From Candidatus Bathyarchaeota archaeon (lineage in GTDB: Archaea > Thermoproteota > Bathyarchaeia > TCS64): 64,000 nt of DNA. Location: assembly GCA_043826455.1 (NCBI GenBank), contig JBDRQD010000021.1, positions 1 to 64,000 on the forward strand. The letters run 5' to 3'. The translations under genes and the position numbers were made by a program. Positions 20,195 through 29,589 of the stretch are shown here, one piece after another. Under the pieces are notes generated by a model. It was given only the letters and a program-made list of their open reading frames with translations, was not told the DNA's origin and did no database searches. Each line of letters opens with the position of its first letter. The stretch's first letter is position 1.

Positions 20195-20338
20195 TTATAT
20201 CTCTTTTTTCTTCTTAGCTTGAACGTGCTCGCAGCAGTAGTAGGTCTCCTCGCCGTCCTCTTCGACGACAACTCTCATGAGCTGGCACCTCTCATCCTCC
20301 GCGGAGCCGCATATCTGGCACTTCAGCTTGGCGCTCAT
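20195..20338 (-). CDS. 47-aa Cys-rich putative metal-binding protein
   Basis: Own translation MSAKLKCQICGSAEDERCQLMRVVVEEDGEETYYCCEHVQAKKKKEI; ATGA overlap with iscU stop; not in ORF track. Confidence 0.75.
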   Translation of the reverse strand: MSAKLKCQICGSAEDERCQLMRVVVEEDGEETYYCCEHVQAKKKKEI

Positions 20339-20706
20339 TTCTGCTTCTTCTCCCTGTAGTTCTTTATGGCCTCGTGGAGGGCGTCCGCGGCCAGGTTGCT
20401 GCAGTGCATCTTCACGGGCGGCAGCCCGTCCAGGGCGTCTGCTACGCTCTGCCTAGTGATCTTCATGGCCTCGTCCAGTGTCTTACCCTTGGCCAGCTCA
20501 GTGGTCATGCTGCTGGTGGCTATGGCCGCGCCGCAGCCGAAGGTCTTGAACTTTACGTCCTCTATGCGGTCGTCCTTGACCTTGATGTACATGGTCATCA
20601 TGTCGCCGCACACCGGGTTGCCTACGGTGCCCTCGCCGTCGGCGTCCTTGAGCTCGCCCACGTTGCGGGGCTTCTTGAAGTGGTCCAGCACTTTCTCCGA
20701 GTACAC
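20335..20706 (-). CDS. iscU: Fe-S cluster scaffold IscU/NifU
   Basis: YSEKVLDHF..PRNVG, GNPVCGD, FGCGAAIA, LPPVKMHCS. Confidence 0.96.
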   Translation of the reverse strand: MYSEKVLDHFKKPRNVGELKDADGEGTVGNPVCGDMMTMYIKVKDDRIEDVKFKTFGCGAAIATSSMTTELAKGKTLDEAMKITRQSVADALDGLPPVKMHCSNLAADALHEAIKNYREKKQK

Positions 20707-21873
20707 TTACCTCAACTCCTCTGGGGTCAGGGGCGACATGGCCCTCAGCTTCTTGATAACCGCCGGAAGCTGCTCGACTACGTAATCGACTTGCTCCCTG
20801 TTATTATCTCTTCCTAGAGTAAATACTAGGCTGCCGTGGGCCTCCTCGTGTTTGAGGCCGCAGGCCAGCAGGGCGTGGCTGGGCTCCAGAGTCTTGGCTG
20901 CGCAGGCGGAGCCGGTGCCCACTTGTACGCCCAGGTTGTCGAGGCTGAGCACTATGGACTCGCCCTCGACGTAGCTGAACCTGATGTTGGCGTTGTTGGG
21001 CAGCCGTCTCTGGGGGTGGCCGTTGAGGTAGCTCTCGGGGACGGCTTCCAGGAGGCCCTTGATGAGCCTGTCCCTGAGCCGGGTGAGCCTCTCCGACTCT
21101 TCCCCCATCTCCACGGCCGCTATCTCCGCTGCCTTACCCATGCCGACTATGCCCGGGGTGTTCTCGGAGCCTGATCTTAGGCCGTTCTCCTGGCCTCCGC
21201 CTATCATCTGAGGCTTCACCCTGACGCCCTTCCTTATGTATAGGGCTCCTACGCCTTTGGGTCCGTACATGTCGTTGCTGGACAGAGTCATCAGGTCTAG
21301 GCCCAGCTCCACCGAGTCCAAGGGTATCTGGCCCATGGCTGCGGTGGCGTCTGTGTGGAAGAGTGCGCCGTGCTGGTGGGCTATCTCTGCGGCGGCCTTT
21401 ATGGGCTGGATGGTGCCTATCTCCCCGTTGGCGGCCATGATGCTCACCATGACGGTCTTCTCGTCCACTAGCTTCTTCAGCTCCTCCATGTCCACGGTGC
21501 CTGTGCTGCATACGGGGCAATGTTCGACCTTGAAGCCGCTGCGGGTGAGCTCCTTAGCTATGTTGATGACGCTTATGTGCTCCACGGCGCTGATGACCAG
21601 CTTGTCACCCTTCTTCTGGTTCCTGAGGCAGCCGCCTATAATGGCTAGGTTGTTGGCCTCGGTGGCCCCGGACGTGAACACGATCTCCTCGGGGGATGCG
21701 TGAACCAGGTCCGCCACCTGTTTCCGGGCCAGCTTCAACGCGTTCAGCGCCCTGAAGCCCATGCTGTGGAAGCTGGCGGGGTTGCCGAAGGCTTCCGAGT
21801 GGTAGGGGGCCATGGCGTCGATGACTCTGGCGTCCACGGGCGTCGCTGAGCCGTGGTCCATGTAGACCTTCAA
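20707..21873 (-). CDS. iscS: Cysteine desulfurase IscS/NifS family
   Basis: [48 protein letters not shown]; the usual S.HK PLP-lysine motif reads SSND here. Confidence 0.9.
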   Translation of the reverse strand: MKVYMDHGSATPVDARVIDAMAPYHSEAFGNPASFHSMGFRALNALKLARKQVADLVHASPEEIVFTSGATEANNLAIIGGCLRNQKKGDKLVISAVEHISVINIAKELTRSGFKVEHCPVCSTGTVDMEELKKLVDEKTVMVSIMAANGEIGTIQPIKAAAEIAHQHGALFHTDATAAMGQIPLDSVELGLDLMTLSSNDMYGPKGVGALYIRKGVRVKPQMIGGGQENGLRSGSENTPGIVGMGKAAEIAAVEMGEESERLTRLRDRLIKGLLEAVPESYLNGHPQRRLPNNANIRFSYVEGESIVLSLDNLGVQVGTGSACAAKTLEPSHALLACGLKHEEAHGSLVFTLGRDNNREQVDYVVEQLPAVIKKLRAMSPLTPEELR

Positions 21874-21917
21874 AACTGAACCTCACATGGTTTGATGGGT
21901 TGGAGGGATTAAAACGT

Positions 21918-22142
21918 TCACTTGCGGATGAGGAGGGTTACCTCGTCGCCGTCTTTCCTCACCTCGAGGACCGTGTGGCCTAGCCTGGCTGCCAACCGCC
22001 TCAGGTCCTCTTCGGCGGCCGGGTCGTCGGCTGTGACCTCCAGCACCTGGCCCTTCTCCATGCCGTCCAGGGCCACCCTGGTCCTGAATATGGGTTCAGG
22101 GCAGAAGAGCCCTACACAGTCCACTACTACATCCGGCTTCAC
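21918..22142 (-). CDS. tusA: Sulfur carrier TusA/SirA family
   Basis: DC.GL.CPEP, LEV.ADDP. Confidence 0.92.
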   Translation of the reverse strand: MKPDVVVDCVGLFCPEPIFRTRVALDGMEKGQVLEVTADDPAAEEDLRRLAARLGHTVLEVRKDGDEVTLLIRK

Positions 22143-22849
22143 TATTCCTCGCTCCTTGTTCGCGGCGGCTGGGTCATGGGCACCACCTCGTCCCGCACAT
22201 AGTTGAGGTACTGGCCCTGATCAACCGTGTTGAATATAGTGACTGAACCGTCCCTTACTAACCCTACTGTGTGGCCGTGCTTCTTGGACTTGGTTAGGAT
22301 GTACCATGGGTCGCCTCTCTGGGTGTACTCCTTGAAGAGGCCGGTGTCCACCACGTCCGGCCCGTACAGGCTGAGCTTGTTGAGGTTGGGGATGTCCATG
22401 TTCTCGAAGAAGATGACCTTGGTGCTCTCCGGGTTCTCCAGGTGGAACATCTTCAGGGTCTCCGGCAGTATCCGGGCCTCGACGATGACCCCGATCTCGC
22501 CCCAGATGAGCTCGCTGAGCCTGTTGGCCACACGGTTGGCCAGGGCCTTCTTGTCAACCACCATCAGGTAGGGGCGGCCCTCGTGCTCGGCGAAGGCGAA
22601 GAGCACCTCCTTGGTCACCGGGCTGGGGGACACCTTGCCGCGGTGGTAGTGGTGGGCCACGTAGTCGAAGCTGTAGAGGCCGGTCAACGTGTCCTCGGTT
22701 AGCGTGAGGTTTGCTACCTCCGTGAGGAGCTCTAGCTTCAGGTCGCCCTCTGTGTACTCCTTCTCCACCCTGTGCCCCTCCAGGGCCTTGCTTATGCCGG
22801 GTAGGCTCATGTACTCGGTGGCTACGAAGACTTTTCCGGCTGTAGGCAA
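22142..22849 (-). CDS. Conserved archaeal hypothetical protein
   Basis: 235 aa, AAGGTGA RBS, TAGTG overlap with the tusA start. Confidence 0.8.
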   Translation of the reverse strand: MPTAGKVFVATEYMSLPGISKALEGHRVEKEYTEGDLKLELLTEVANLTLTEDTLTGLYSFDYVAHHYHRGKVSPSPVTKEVLFAFAEHEGRPYLMVVDKKALANRVANRLSELIWGEIGVIVEARILPETLKMFHLENPESTKVIFFENMDIPNLNKLSLYGPDVVDTGLFKEYTQRGDPWYILTKSKKHGHTVGLVRDGSVTIFNTVDQGQYLNYVRDEVVPMTQPPRTRSEE

Positions 22850-23132
22850 TCAAGCTCACCTTTTTGTAGGCTTAACAGGTACGGGGGATATAAGATAAAT
22901 GGTTTCTTTAGTGTGTGGTGAAGCATTGTTGCCGGTGTGAAGTTCTTGGGGTTTTCACGACTACTATCAGTGCTCATTATAAAAACAAGAGGATTCGGTT
23001 ATGTGCATGGTGAGGCTAGTTCAGCAGTGTCGTTCCCTAGATGATAAAAACGGGAAAAATAGTGGAACCATGATCCATCTCTATAATATAGATTTATAAT
23101 ACCGACGATAAGACCATTTAACTGTACGTTAA

Positions 23133-24035
23133 GTGTGGGCGGAAACTTTGTCAAAGATGAGTGAAGTGTTCAGGCTTGTCAAGTCTCGGGCGGAGATCAT
23201 CTTCTTCTGGCCTTGGATCACCACCATGGCCTGCTTGCTGGTGGGAAGAGGGTTCCCCCCTCTGTATCCCTCTTTTATGGCTATCCTGGCGTCGGCGCTG
23301 ATCACCACGTCCGTGTACATCTACAACGACTCCGTGGACAGCGAGATGGACAAGGTGAACCCCAGGAAGGCTAGGAGGCCTCTGGTGGATGGGAGCGCCA
23401 CCTTGGAGACGGCCCACCAGCTCGTCGCAGTGTCAGGCGCCCTCGGGCTGCTCGTGTCTTACCTCGTCCACCCGGTAATGTTCGTGGCCACCCTGGCTTA
23501 CTTTGTCGTCTACTTCATATACTCTATGCCCGGGGTCCGCCTCAAGGACATGTTCGTGGTGAAGGAGCTGGTGAGCGTCTCCGCCTTCGTGTTCGGAAGC
23601 CTCATCGCCTCCACGGCCATCACCGGGGGCGTCCACGTACCCACCATCATTGTTGGGTTCGTGCTGGCCGTGTTCGGTTTCCTGTCCACACCCGCCGTCA
23701 ACGAGAGCTTCGACGCCAAGGAGGACCAGACCTCAGGGATAAGGACCCTGGGCGTGGTCCTCAGCTGGCAGGGCAGGGTCCAGATGCTGGGCGCCGCCAT
23801 CTTCTACATCATCGCAGCCACACTGGCCGCGGCGACATGGCTAGGGTTCAGCTACATCCTGCCCATAGCGGTGACCCTGGGCGGTATCGTGGTGCTGATG
23901 AACCTGCCGGGCATCTACAGGAAGTTCGAGGAAAGTAAAGTGATGAGGATGAGGCGGGTGATGAAGGTTTACCTGTTCTTCACCCAGATCATGTTCGTGG
24001 TGGCCGTCACGGACTTCGCCCGCAGCCTACTGTAA
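23133..24035 (+). CDS. UbiA family prenyltransferase
   Basis: YNDSVDSEMD.VN....RPL..G, YS.P..RLK, second Asp motif ESFDAKED...G. Confidence 0.88.
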   Translation: MWAETLSKMSEVFRLVKSRAEIIFFWPWITTMACLLVGRGFPPLYPSFMAILASALITTSVYIYNDSVDSEMDKVNPRKARRPLVDGSATLETAHQLVAVSGALGLLVSYLVHPVMFVATLAYFVVYFIYSMPGVRLKDMFVVKELVSVSAFVFGSLIASTAITGGVHVPTIIVGFVLAVFGFLSTPAVNESFDAKEDQTSGIRTLGVVLSWQGRVQMLGAAIFYIIAATLAAATWLGFSYILPIAVTLGGIVVLMNLPGIYRKFEESKVMRMRRVMKVYLFFTQIMFVVAVTDFARSLL

Positions 24036-24068
24036 GTTCATGGTAATGTTTGGATCAACTGAACGCGT

Positions 24069-24821
24069 TTATTTTCTTTTACCTACTGGGCACGCGTACA
24101 TGCATACGCTGCACTCCACGTAGCTGCGGAGCGTGGGCCTCGTAACCAGCCTCCGCTCCTTCTCCCTGATCTCGGGTGCGAAGTCGGTCCTACCCGGGTT
24201 CTCCGAAGCATAGGTTAGGCACTTCATATGGTCGATCTTGTAGGGCGTCAGCGCACCCGTGGGGCAAGCCTTGATGCACCTGTCGCAGCCCTCACAGAAG
24301 TCCCCCTTGAACGGCTGGTCGGGCTCAAGCTCGGCCGAGGTCAGCACAGCCATGAGGCCAACCCTGGGGCCAACCTCCGGCGTGACCAAGAGCGTGTTCT
24401 TGCCCTGGCACCCTAGGCCGCACACTACGGCGGTCGTCTTCATGGGTATCGCCGTGTTGAACTGAGCCTTGTACCCCAGCTCCATGAGGCGACTCACTAT
24501 GGGCATGGCCTTCGCCATGCTCACCTGGTACGCTATGTAGTAGCCCTCGATCTTCTCGTCGGGGCCGTGAAACATGTAGCCCTTCCACTCGGGGGAGCTG
24601 ATCTGCATCATGAAGGTGGGGTCCCACACGTGGAGCGTGAGCATAATGACGCTCCTCGCATCGGGCATGAACTCCCGCGGCCTCTTAAGCTCTCTCACGT
24701 CGAACACCCAGCCGTACCGGAGGCCGTCCACCTTCTCCGGCGTGGTGAATCCCACCGAGTTGAACCCGGCCTCCAGGGCCATCTCCCTGATCTCCGCCTT
24801 CAACGAGCCCAATGTAACCAC
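24069..24821 (-). CDS. QueG-like / reductive-dehalogenase-fold 4Fe-4S protein
   Basis: P..F.PDARSVI, GLG.QGKN.LL..PE.G, CxxCxxCxxxCP and C..CxxCxxxCP. Confidence 0.85.
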   Translation of the reverse strand: MVTLGSLKAEIREMALEAGFNSVGFTTPEKVDGLRYGWVFDVRELKRPREFMPDARSVIMLTLHVWDPTFMMQISSPEWKGYMFHGPDEKIEGYYIAYQVSMAKAMPIVSRLMELGYKAQFNTAIPMKTTAVVCGLGCQGKNTLLVTPEVGPRVGLMAVLTSAELEPDQPFKGDFCEGCDRCIKACPTGALTPYKIDHMKCLTYASENPGRTDFAPEIREKERRLVTRPTLRSYVECSVCMYACPVGKRK

Positions 24822-24873
24822 CTTAAGTTGCTACGATGGTTAGATATATATTTAACCGTCGTGGACCTGATCA

Positions 24874-25482
24874 ATGGTTACAATGACCGAGGCCGCCCGG
24901 TTCAAGCTCCTGGGAGGAACGCCCTGCCTGGACTTCGCCAACACCGTCGACTGGCGCAAAGGAGAGCCCCGGGAGCTGCTGAACAGCGTCCACGACCTCA
25001 TAGACTGGGCCCGCCAGGCGGGCGTCATACCCGACGCAGACGCGGAGATACTACAAGAGGCCGCCAAGAGAGACCCCGGTGAAGCCGAGGCGCTCCTCAG
25101 GAGAGCCCTCAGCCTCAGGGAGACCATCCACAGGCTGTTCAAGGCCGCGGCCGAAGGCGAGGACCCAGACCAACGCGACTTGGAGCACCTCAACGAGGAG
25201 CTGGCCCAGGCCCTCAGCCACATGAAGCTGACCCGAATCGGCCCAGCCCTCACGCTCCAGCTACAGGGAGACGCAGCCGAGAAGATACTCTGGACGCTAG
25301 CCCACTCCGCGGCCCAGCTCCTAGCCTCACCCAGCCTCACAAGGGTCAAGGAGTGCGACGACCTCCGCTGCGGCTGGCTCTTCCTGGACACCAGCCGAAA
25401 CGGCACCCGCCGATGGTGCAGCATGGATGACTGCGGCAACAGAAACAAGGCCCGCCGACACCACCAAAGAAAAACCAGCTAA
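24874..25482 (+). CDS. ABATE domain / CGNR zinc finger protein
   Basis: LDFANT, RVKEC....CGWLFLDTSRNG.RRWCSM..CGNR.KARRH. Confidence 0.93.
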   Translation: MVTMTEAARFKLLGGTPCLDFANTVDWRKGEPRELLNSVHDLIDWARQAGVIPDADAEILQEAAKRDPGEAEALLRRALSLRETIHRLFKAAAEGEDPDQRDLEHLNEELAQALSHMKLTRIGPALTLQLQGDAAEKILWTLAHSAAQLLASPSLTRVKECDDLRCGWLFLDTSRNGTRRWCSMDDCGNRNKARRHHQRKTS

Positions 25483-25696
25483 AACCAACCCAAAAAACCC
25501 ACCCCCCCCCACAACCAACAAGCCACCACCCAACAAACAACAACCGACGGACACCAAAAACCACCACCACCGCCAAACAACCCCGAAAAAGCCTCCAAAC
25601 ACGAAAACAAGCCTGAAAACCGGGAACCGCGGTGGCGGTGATGGGACCCCCCCTCCCCCCCACGTGCACACACACGCAGACAAGCCAAGAAAATAA

Positions 25697-25771
25697 TGGT
25701 GGGCCGAGCAGGGATCGAACCTGCGACCACCGCCACGTCAAGGCGATGTCATACCACTAGACCACCGGCCC
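25697..25771 (-). tRNA. tRNA-Val(GAC), CCA encoded
   Basis: GGGCCGG..CGCC-TTGACGT-GGCG..GGTTCGATCC..TCGGCCC-A-CCA cloverleaf. Confidence 0.96.
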
Positions 25772-25800
25772 ACAGCGAAATATAGGGAACAAGGAGCCGG

Positions 25801-25806
25801 TATAAA
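25801..25806 (-). promoter_or_regulatory. Putative TATA box of tRNA-Val
   Basis: TTTATA on the minus strand about 30 nt upstream of the tRNA 5' end. Confidence 0.55.
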
Positions 25807-25808
25807 GT

Positions 25809-27824
25809 TTATCGGTGACCCAGCTCCACCAGCCCCATCCGCCCCAGCAGCCGGTACAGACCCACCAGATACTCCAGGTCCGTGGAACCCCTCTCCAGGC
25901 GCACCCTCTCACTCACCTCATAGAGGCTCCTGACCCCGTCCGTCCAGTACATGGCCAGCATCGCGGCGCTCCGCCCCCCCGGGTGGTCCTTATCCAGCTT
26001 CCTCAGCTCATCCTGCTCCACCAGGCTCAGCCTGGTGTCCCAGCCCCTGATGCTCCACGGGCCCCTATACACGCGGACCGGCACCATGGCGTCAGCCTCC
26101 TTCTCAAGCTTCCTCATCTGGGGCTTCCTGTAGGGCTTAGCCTCTTTTCCGCAAAGCTCAAGGACGCCGTTTATGGTCTTGGATGCGGCCTTCACCTGGG
26201 CCTTGGCCTCTGATTCCAGATCCTTCACGAAGCCCGCGACAGCCTCCTCTAGTGCCGCGTTCCCAGGCGCAAGCCTCTTCACCGACTCCACGGCCTTAAC
26301 CGCCACCTCCACCCAGTAGGCAGCCTGGGTCTTCAGTTCACGGGTATGTTTCGGTGCCTCAGATAGATCAACCGAGGCCTTCTCCACGTACGCCCTGAAC
26401 CGCTCCAGCAGCAACGCCTTCTCCCTGCTGTAGGTCTCCGACGCGATCCAGGCCGCCTCCGCCGGACCCGCCGAGGCCAAGAAGTAGGTGTAGGTGGCCG
26501 TCACCGCGGCCGCCCTCCACAGCATGGACGGGTCCACCTTGTCCAGGGTGTCATAGCTGGTGTGCCAGAACTTGTCGGGCCACTGGATGAGCATGGGACA
26601 AGGCACCCCCACAGTGGGGTCACTGTACACGTAGTGGTCGCTGCCTCCGCTGAAGGGCGTCGTGGTGTGTCTGAACAGGGCGTAGCTGCTGCTGCCCCCC
26701 AGGTTCTTCACGTCCCTGGTCACCTCCTTGAATATGCAGGCCATCAAGCTGTTCACGTAGCTGGGGAACGCCTCCGGAGTCCGCTCCACGATGAAGCTGC
26801 CACTGGTGACGCACTGCCGCTCACCCACCATGTCCAGGTTCACAGCCGCCACCATGTCAGGTATCTCGGACTCCCTCGACGCAAGATGCGCGTAGCTGCC
26901 GCTCATCTCGGGAACCAGGGTGAACACTATGCTCCTCCTGGGCCTGGGCAGCTCACCGGACTTGATGAGCTTCTGGAGGACCCTGGCCGCCTCCAACGCA
27001 GCGGCCGAGCCTGAGGCGTTGTCGTTGCAGCTGGGCTGGGGGTGGCATATGTGGGCGACCACCACCACCTGCTCGCCTGTGTTACCCCTGATGACAGCGT
27101 AGGCGTTGTCCAGCACCCCATCATGGATGCTGCTCTCCACCCTAGCCTTCACCCGCACCGGTTTCTTGCTATCCTTGATTAGGTCCCGGAGCCACCTGCC
27201 CCTCCTGGGCGTCAGCACGTACCCGAAGCCGGGTTTCTCGTCCCCCGCCCACCAGAAGCTCGTGTACTTGAGGGCGTCGTCCAGCTCCCCCTCCGGCGTG
27301 TCAGGTTCCCTGATCCAGGTCCCGTAGTAGATGAGGCCCAGGGCCCCCCGCTCCTCCACCGCCAGCCTGTGAACCCTCTGAACGTCGCCGTCGGTGAGCA
27401 CCATCCTGCCCCTCACGTCCACGCCTCTGTAGTCCTCAGGCTCCTCCCCCTTGCCCACGTAGACCACCTCGGCCGTCACGGGGCCAGCCGGGTGGCTCCT
27501 CTGGATGAGGCTCAGCTTGGACTCCTTCCACCTGGCCAGGAAGCACGCCTTCTCCTGGGGCTCCACCAGCTCCAGCTCGGCGTCCCTGCAGTTCCACTCT
27601 TTGAACATGAGGCTGCTCCAGGCGTACCCCTTACCGTCCGCCGGGTAACTGTGTACCTCGGATTCCAGGCCGTTGGCCTTGAAGGTTTCCACGGCCCACG
27701 CCACGGCGTCTGAGAGGCCCGGGCTGGCCTGGATCCTGTGGTGGCCGCTGATCTCCGCCACGTAGTTGAGGGCGATCTCGCCGGAGGCCTCTTTGGAGAC
27801 CTTGTCAAGAACCTGTTTGAACAT
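25809..27824 (-). CDS. M28-type aminopeptidase-like protein with PA domain (DUF4910-like)
   Basis: HRIQASPG, AHICHP, NDNASG, PEMSG, NLDMVG, GSDH, WHTS.DT. Confidence 0.85.
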   Translation of the reverse strand: MFKQVLDKVSKEASGEIALNYVAEISGHHRIQASPGLSDAVAWAVETFKANGLESEVHSYPADGKGYAWSSLMFKEWNCRDAELELVEPQEKACFLARWKESKLSLIQRSHPAGPVTAEVVYVGKGEEPEDYRGVDVRGRMVLTDGDVQRVHRLAVEERGALGLIYYGTWIREPDTPEGELDDALKYTSFWWAGDEKPGFGYVLTPRRGRWLRDLIKDSKKPVRVKARVESSIHDGVLDNAYAVIRGNTGEQVVVVAHICHPQPSCNDNASGSAAALEAARVLQKLIKSGELPRPRRSIVFTLVPEMSGSYAHLASRESEIPDMVAAVNLDMVGERQCVTSGSFIVERTPEAFPSYVNSLMACIFKEVTRDVKNLGGSSSYALFRHTTTPFSGGSDHYVYSDPTVGVPCPMLIQWPDKFWHTSYDTLDKVDPSMLWRAAAVTATYTYFLASAGPAEAAWIASETYSREKALLLERFRAYVEKASVDLSEAPKHTRELKTQAAYWVEVAVKAVESVKRLAPGNAALEEAVAGFVKDLESEAKAQVKAASKTINGVLELCGKEAKPYRKPQMRKLEKEADAMVPVRVYRGPWSIRGWDTRLSLVEQDELRKLDKDHPGGRSAAMLAMYWTDGVRSLYEVSERVRLERGSTDLEYLVGLYRLLGRMGLVELGHR

Positions 27825-27896
27825 GGGATATTCTCGACATCCCATGATATAGGGTTTTCACGTGTGACCGCAACCGTGATAAAACCCTGAGGCTAA

Positions 27897-28295
27897 ATGG
27901 ATCCATTCCAGGCGGCGGCGATGACCCGGATCCACTACCACCCTTGCCCTCAGGCTCTCGGCGAGTACGACTACCTTACGGACACCATAGTCCTCCACGA
28001 GGGCCTAAGACGGTACCGGGAGATCCATGACCGGATCCTCCGCCACGAGCGGGAGCACGCCCGCATCTTCCGTGAGCACAGCGGCTGGCTGAAGAGGCTC
28101 GTCCTCAACGTGAAGCTGGATTACAGGGTCAGGATCACGGGCGCCACCAGGGTCCCCCTGAAGCTGCTGCGGGAGCTGTACCCCTCGTCACTCGGATACG
28201 ACTTGTTCAGGGCACTGTATCTTCTGGCGTACATACCGTTAGTAGTTTCCGAGGGCGTCGTCTTCACTGTGAAGAGCTTTCTGGGGTCTGAGTAA
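27897..28295 (+). CDS. Small hypothetical protein with HExxH motif
   Basis: G.YD....TIVL.........ILRHEREHA plus hydrophobic C-terminus. Confidence 0.65.
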   Translation: MDPFQAAAMTRIHYHPCPQALGEYDYLTDTIVLHEGLRRYREIHDRILRHEREHARIFREHSGWLKRLVLNVKLDYRVRITGATRVPLKLLRELYPSSLGYDLFRALYLLAYIPLVVSEGVVFTVKSFLGSE

Positions 28296-28298
28296 GGC

Positions 28299-28307
28299 TT
28301 TTATTTA
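28299..28307 (+). promoter_or_regulatory. Putative TATA box of tRNA-Phe
   Basis: TTTTATTTA ending 24 nt before the tRNA. Confidence 0.5.
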
Positions 28308-28330
28308 CTCCGCTTGGTGTTATTGTGCGT

Positions 28331-28407
28331 GCCGCTGTAGCTCAGACTGGGAGAGCGCTCGGCTGAAGACCGAGGGGTCAAGTGTTCAAATCACTTCAGC
28401 GGCACCA
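28331..28407 (+). tRNA. tRNA-Phe(GAA), CCA encoded
   Basis: GCCGCTG..CTCGG-CTGAAGA-CCGAG..TTCAAAT..CAGCGGC-A-CCA. Confidence 0.96.
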
Positions 28408-28659
28408 AAACCCATTATCCTTGAGTACCTAACATCCTACACACTGCTATTATTGATCCTTTTCAATATAATTATTGATTACGTATCGTTATCCATCAAT
28501 ATTAAACATAAATATATAGCTACAATATATATACTAGATATGGATTCTAGTTAAAATGCTGGTTTTGATGTCATGGTTCAAGACCAGTTAAAAAGTATTC
28601 ATCGAAGCGAGAGTGTGGAAGATGAGCCAGTTCCAGAGTGAAGTATTGTCTGGAGGAAG

Positions 28660-29556
28660 ATGAAGATGGCCTCCCCATCTAAGATGAAGTCGTTCTCACT
28701 TCTGCTGAGGTCCAGACTCGAGGTCATTTTCATATGGACGTGGTCCACCATAGTAGCCTGTCTAATTGTCGGTAAAGGAACCCCGCCCCTCACCCCCACC
28801 TTCAAGGCGATGGCGTCCATGATATTCGTCACGATATCTGTGTACACGTACAACGACATTGTGGACGCCGAGGCCGACAAGAATAACAAGGTTAAGATGG
28901 GCAGGCCCCTACCCTCCGGCCTGGTGCCTTTAAACGACGCGAAGATTCTTGCAGCTGTATCCGCTGTCATCGGACTCGCAATTGGCTACACCATCAACAT
29001 CTACGCCTTCGCCTTCATCAGCGTATTTTTCGTGGTGTTCGGAGCGTACTCCTACCCCCTGATTCACCTGAAGAAGATGTTCCTGGTGAAGGAGATAGTT
29101 ATCTCGTCTGGCCCCATCATAGCCAGCCTAGTGGGCAGCTACGCCATCACCCAGTCCGTTTCCTACCAGGCCCTGTTCGCCGCAGTGATAACCGCCTTCA
29201 TGGGCATGGTAATCCAGCCTGGGCTCAATGACAGCACGGACATAGAGGCTGACAGGCTCCAGGGCGTCAAGACCCTGGCCATGGCCTTGGACTGGAAGAT
29301 GAAGATGCAGATGCTGATATCGGGCATACTCCTGGTGATGGTGGTGACGCCCCTGACGTACAGCTACTTCAACTATAACCTGCTTCTGCCCCTGTGGATG
29401 GTGGGCGGAGGCTTCATCGCGTTGAGGTCCATATTCCCCATAAGGAACGCCTACGAGGAGACGGGGGTCCTTAAGGCCCGTAAGATGGTGATAATATACT
29501 GGGCGCTCATGCAGGTGTTCTCCATCCTGGGCGCCCTCAACATATCCTTCCTGTAA
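28660..29556 (+). CDS. UbiA family prenyltransferase (paralog of 23133..24035)
   Basis: YNDIVDAEAD..N....RPLPSG, YSYP...LKK, NDSTDIEAD...GVKT. Confidence 0.9.
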   Translation: MKMASPSKMKSFSLLLRSRLEVIFIWTWSTIVACLIVGKGTPPLTPTFKAMASMIFVTISVYTYNDIVDAEADKNNKVKMGRPLPSGLVPLNDAKILAAVSAVIGLAIGYTINIYAFAFISVFFVVFGAYSYPLIHLKKMFLVKEIVISSGPIIASLVGSYAITQSVSYQALFAAVITAFMGMVIQPGLNDSTDIEADRLQGVKTLAMALDWKMKMQMLISGILLVMVVTPLTYSYFNYNLLLPLWMVGGGFIALRSIFPIRNAYEETGVLKARKMVIIYWALMQVFSILGALNISFL

Positions 29557-29589
29557 AAACCCGCGACAATTTTTTAGAACCACTGGATT

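Noticed and set aside
25327..25741. Overlapping ORFs on both strands in the ORF track
   Set aside because: Stop-free frames caused by the low-complexity A/C tract; some overlap the tRNA-Val gene
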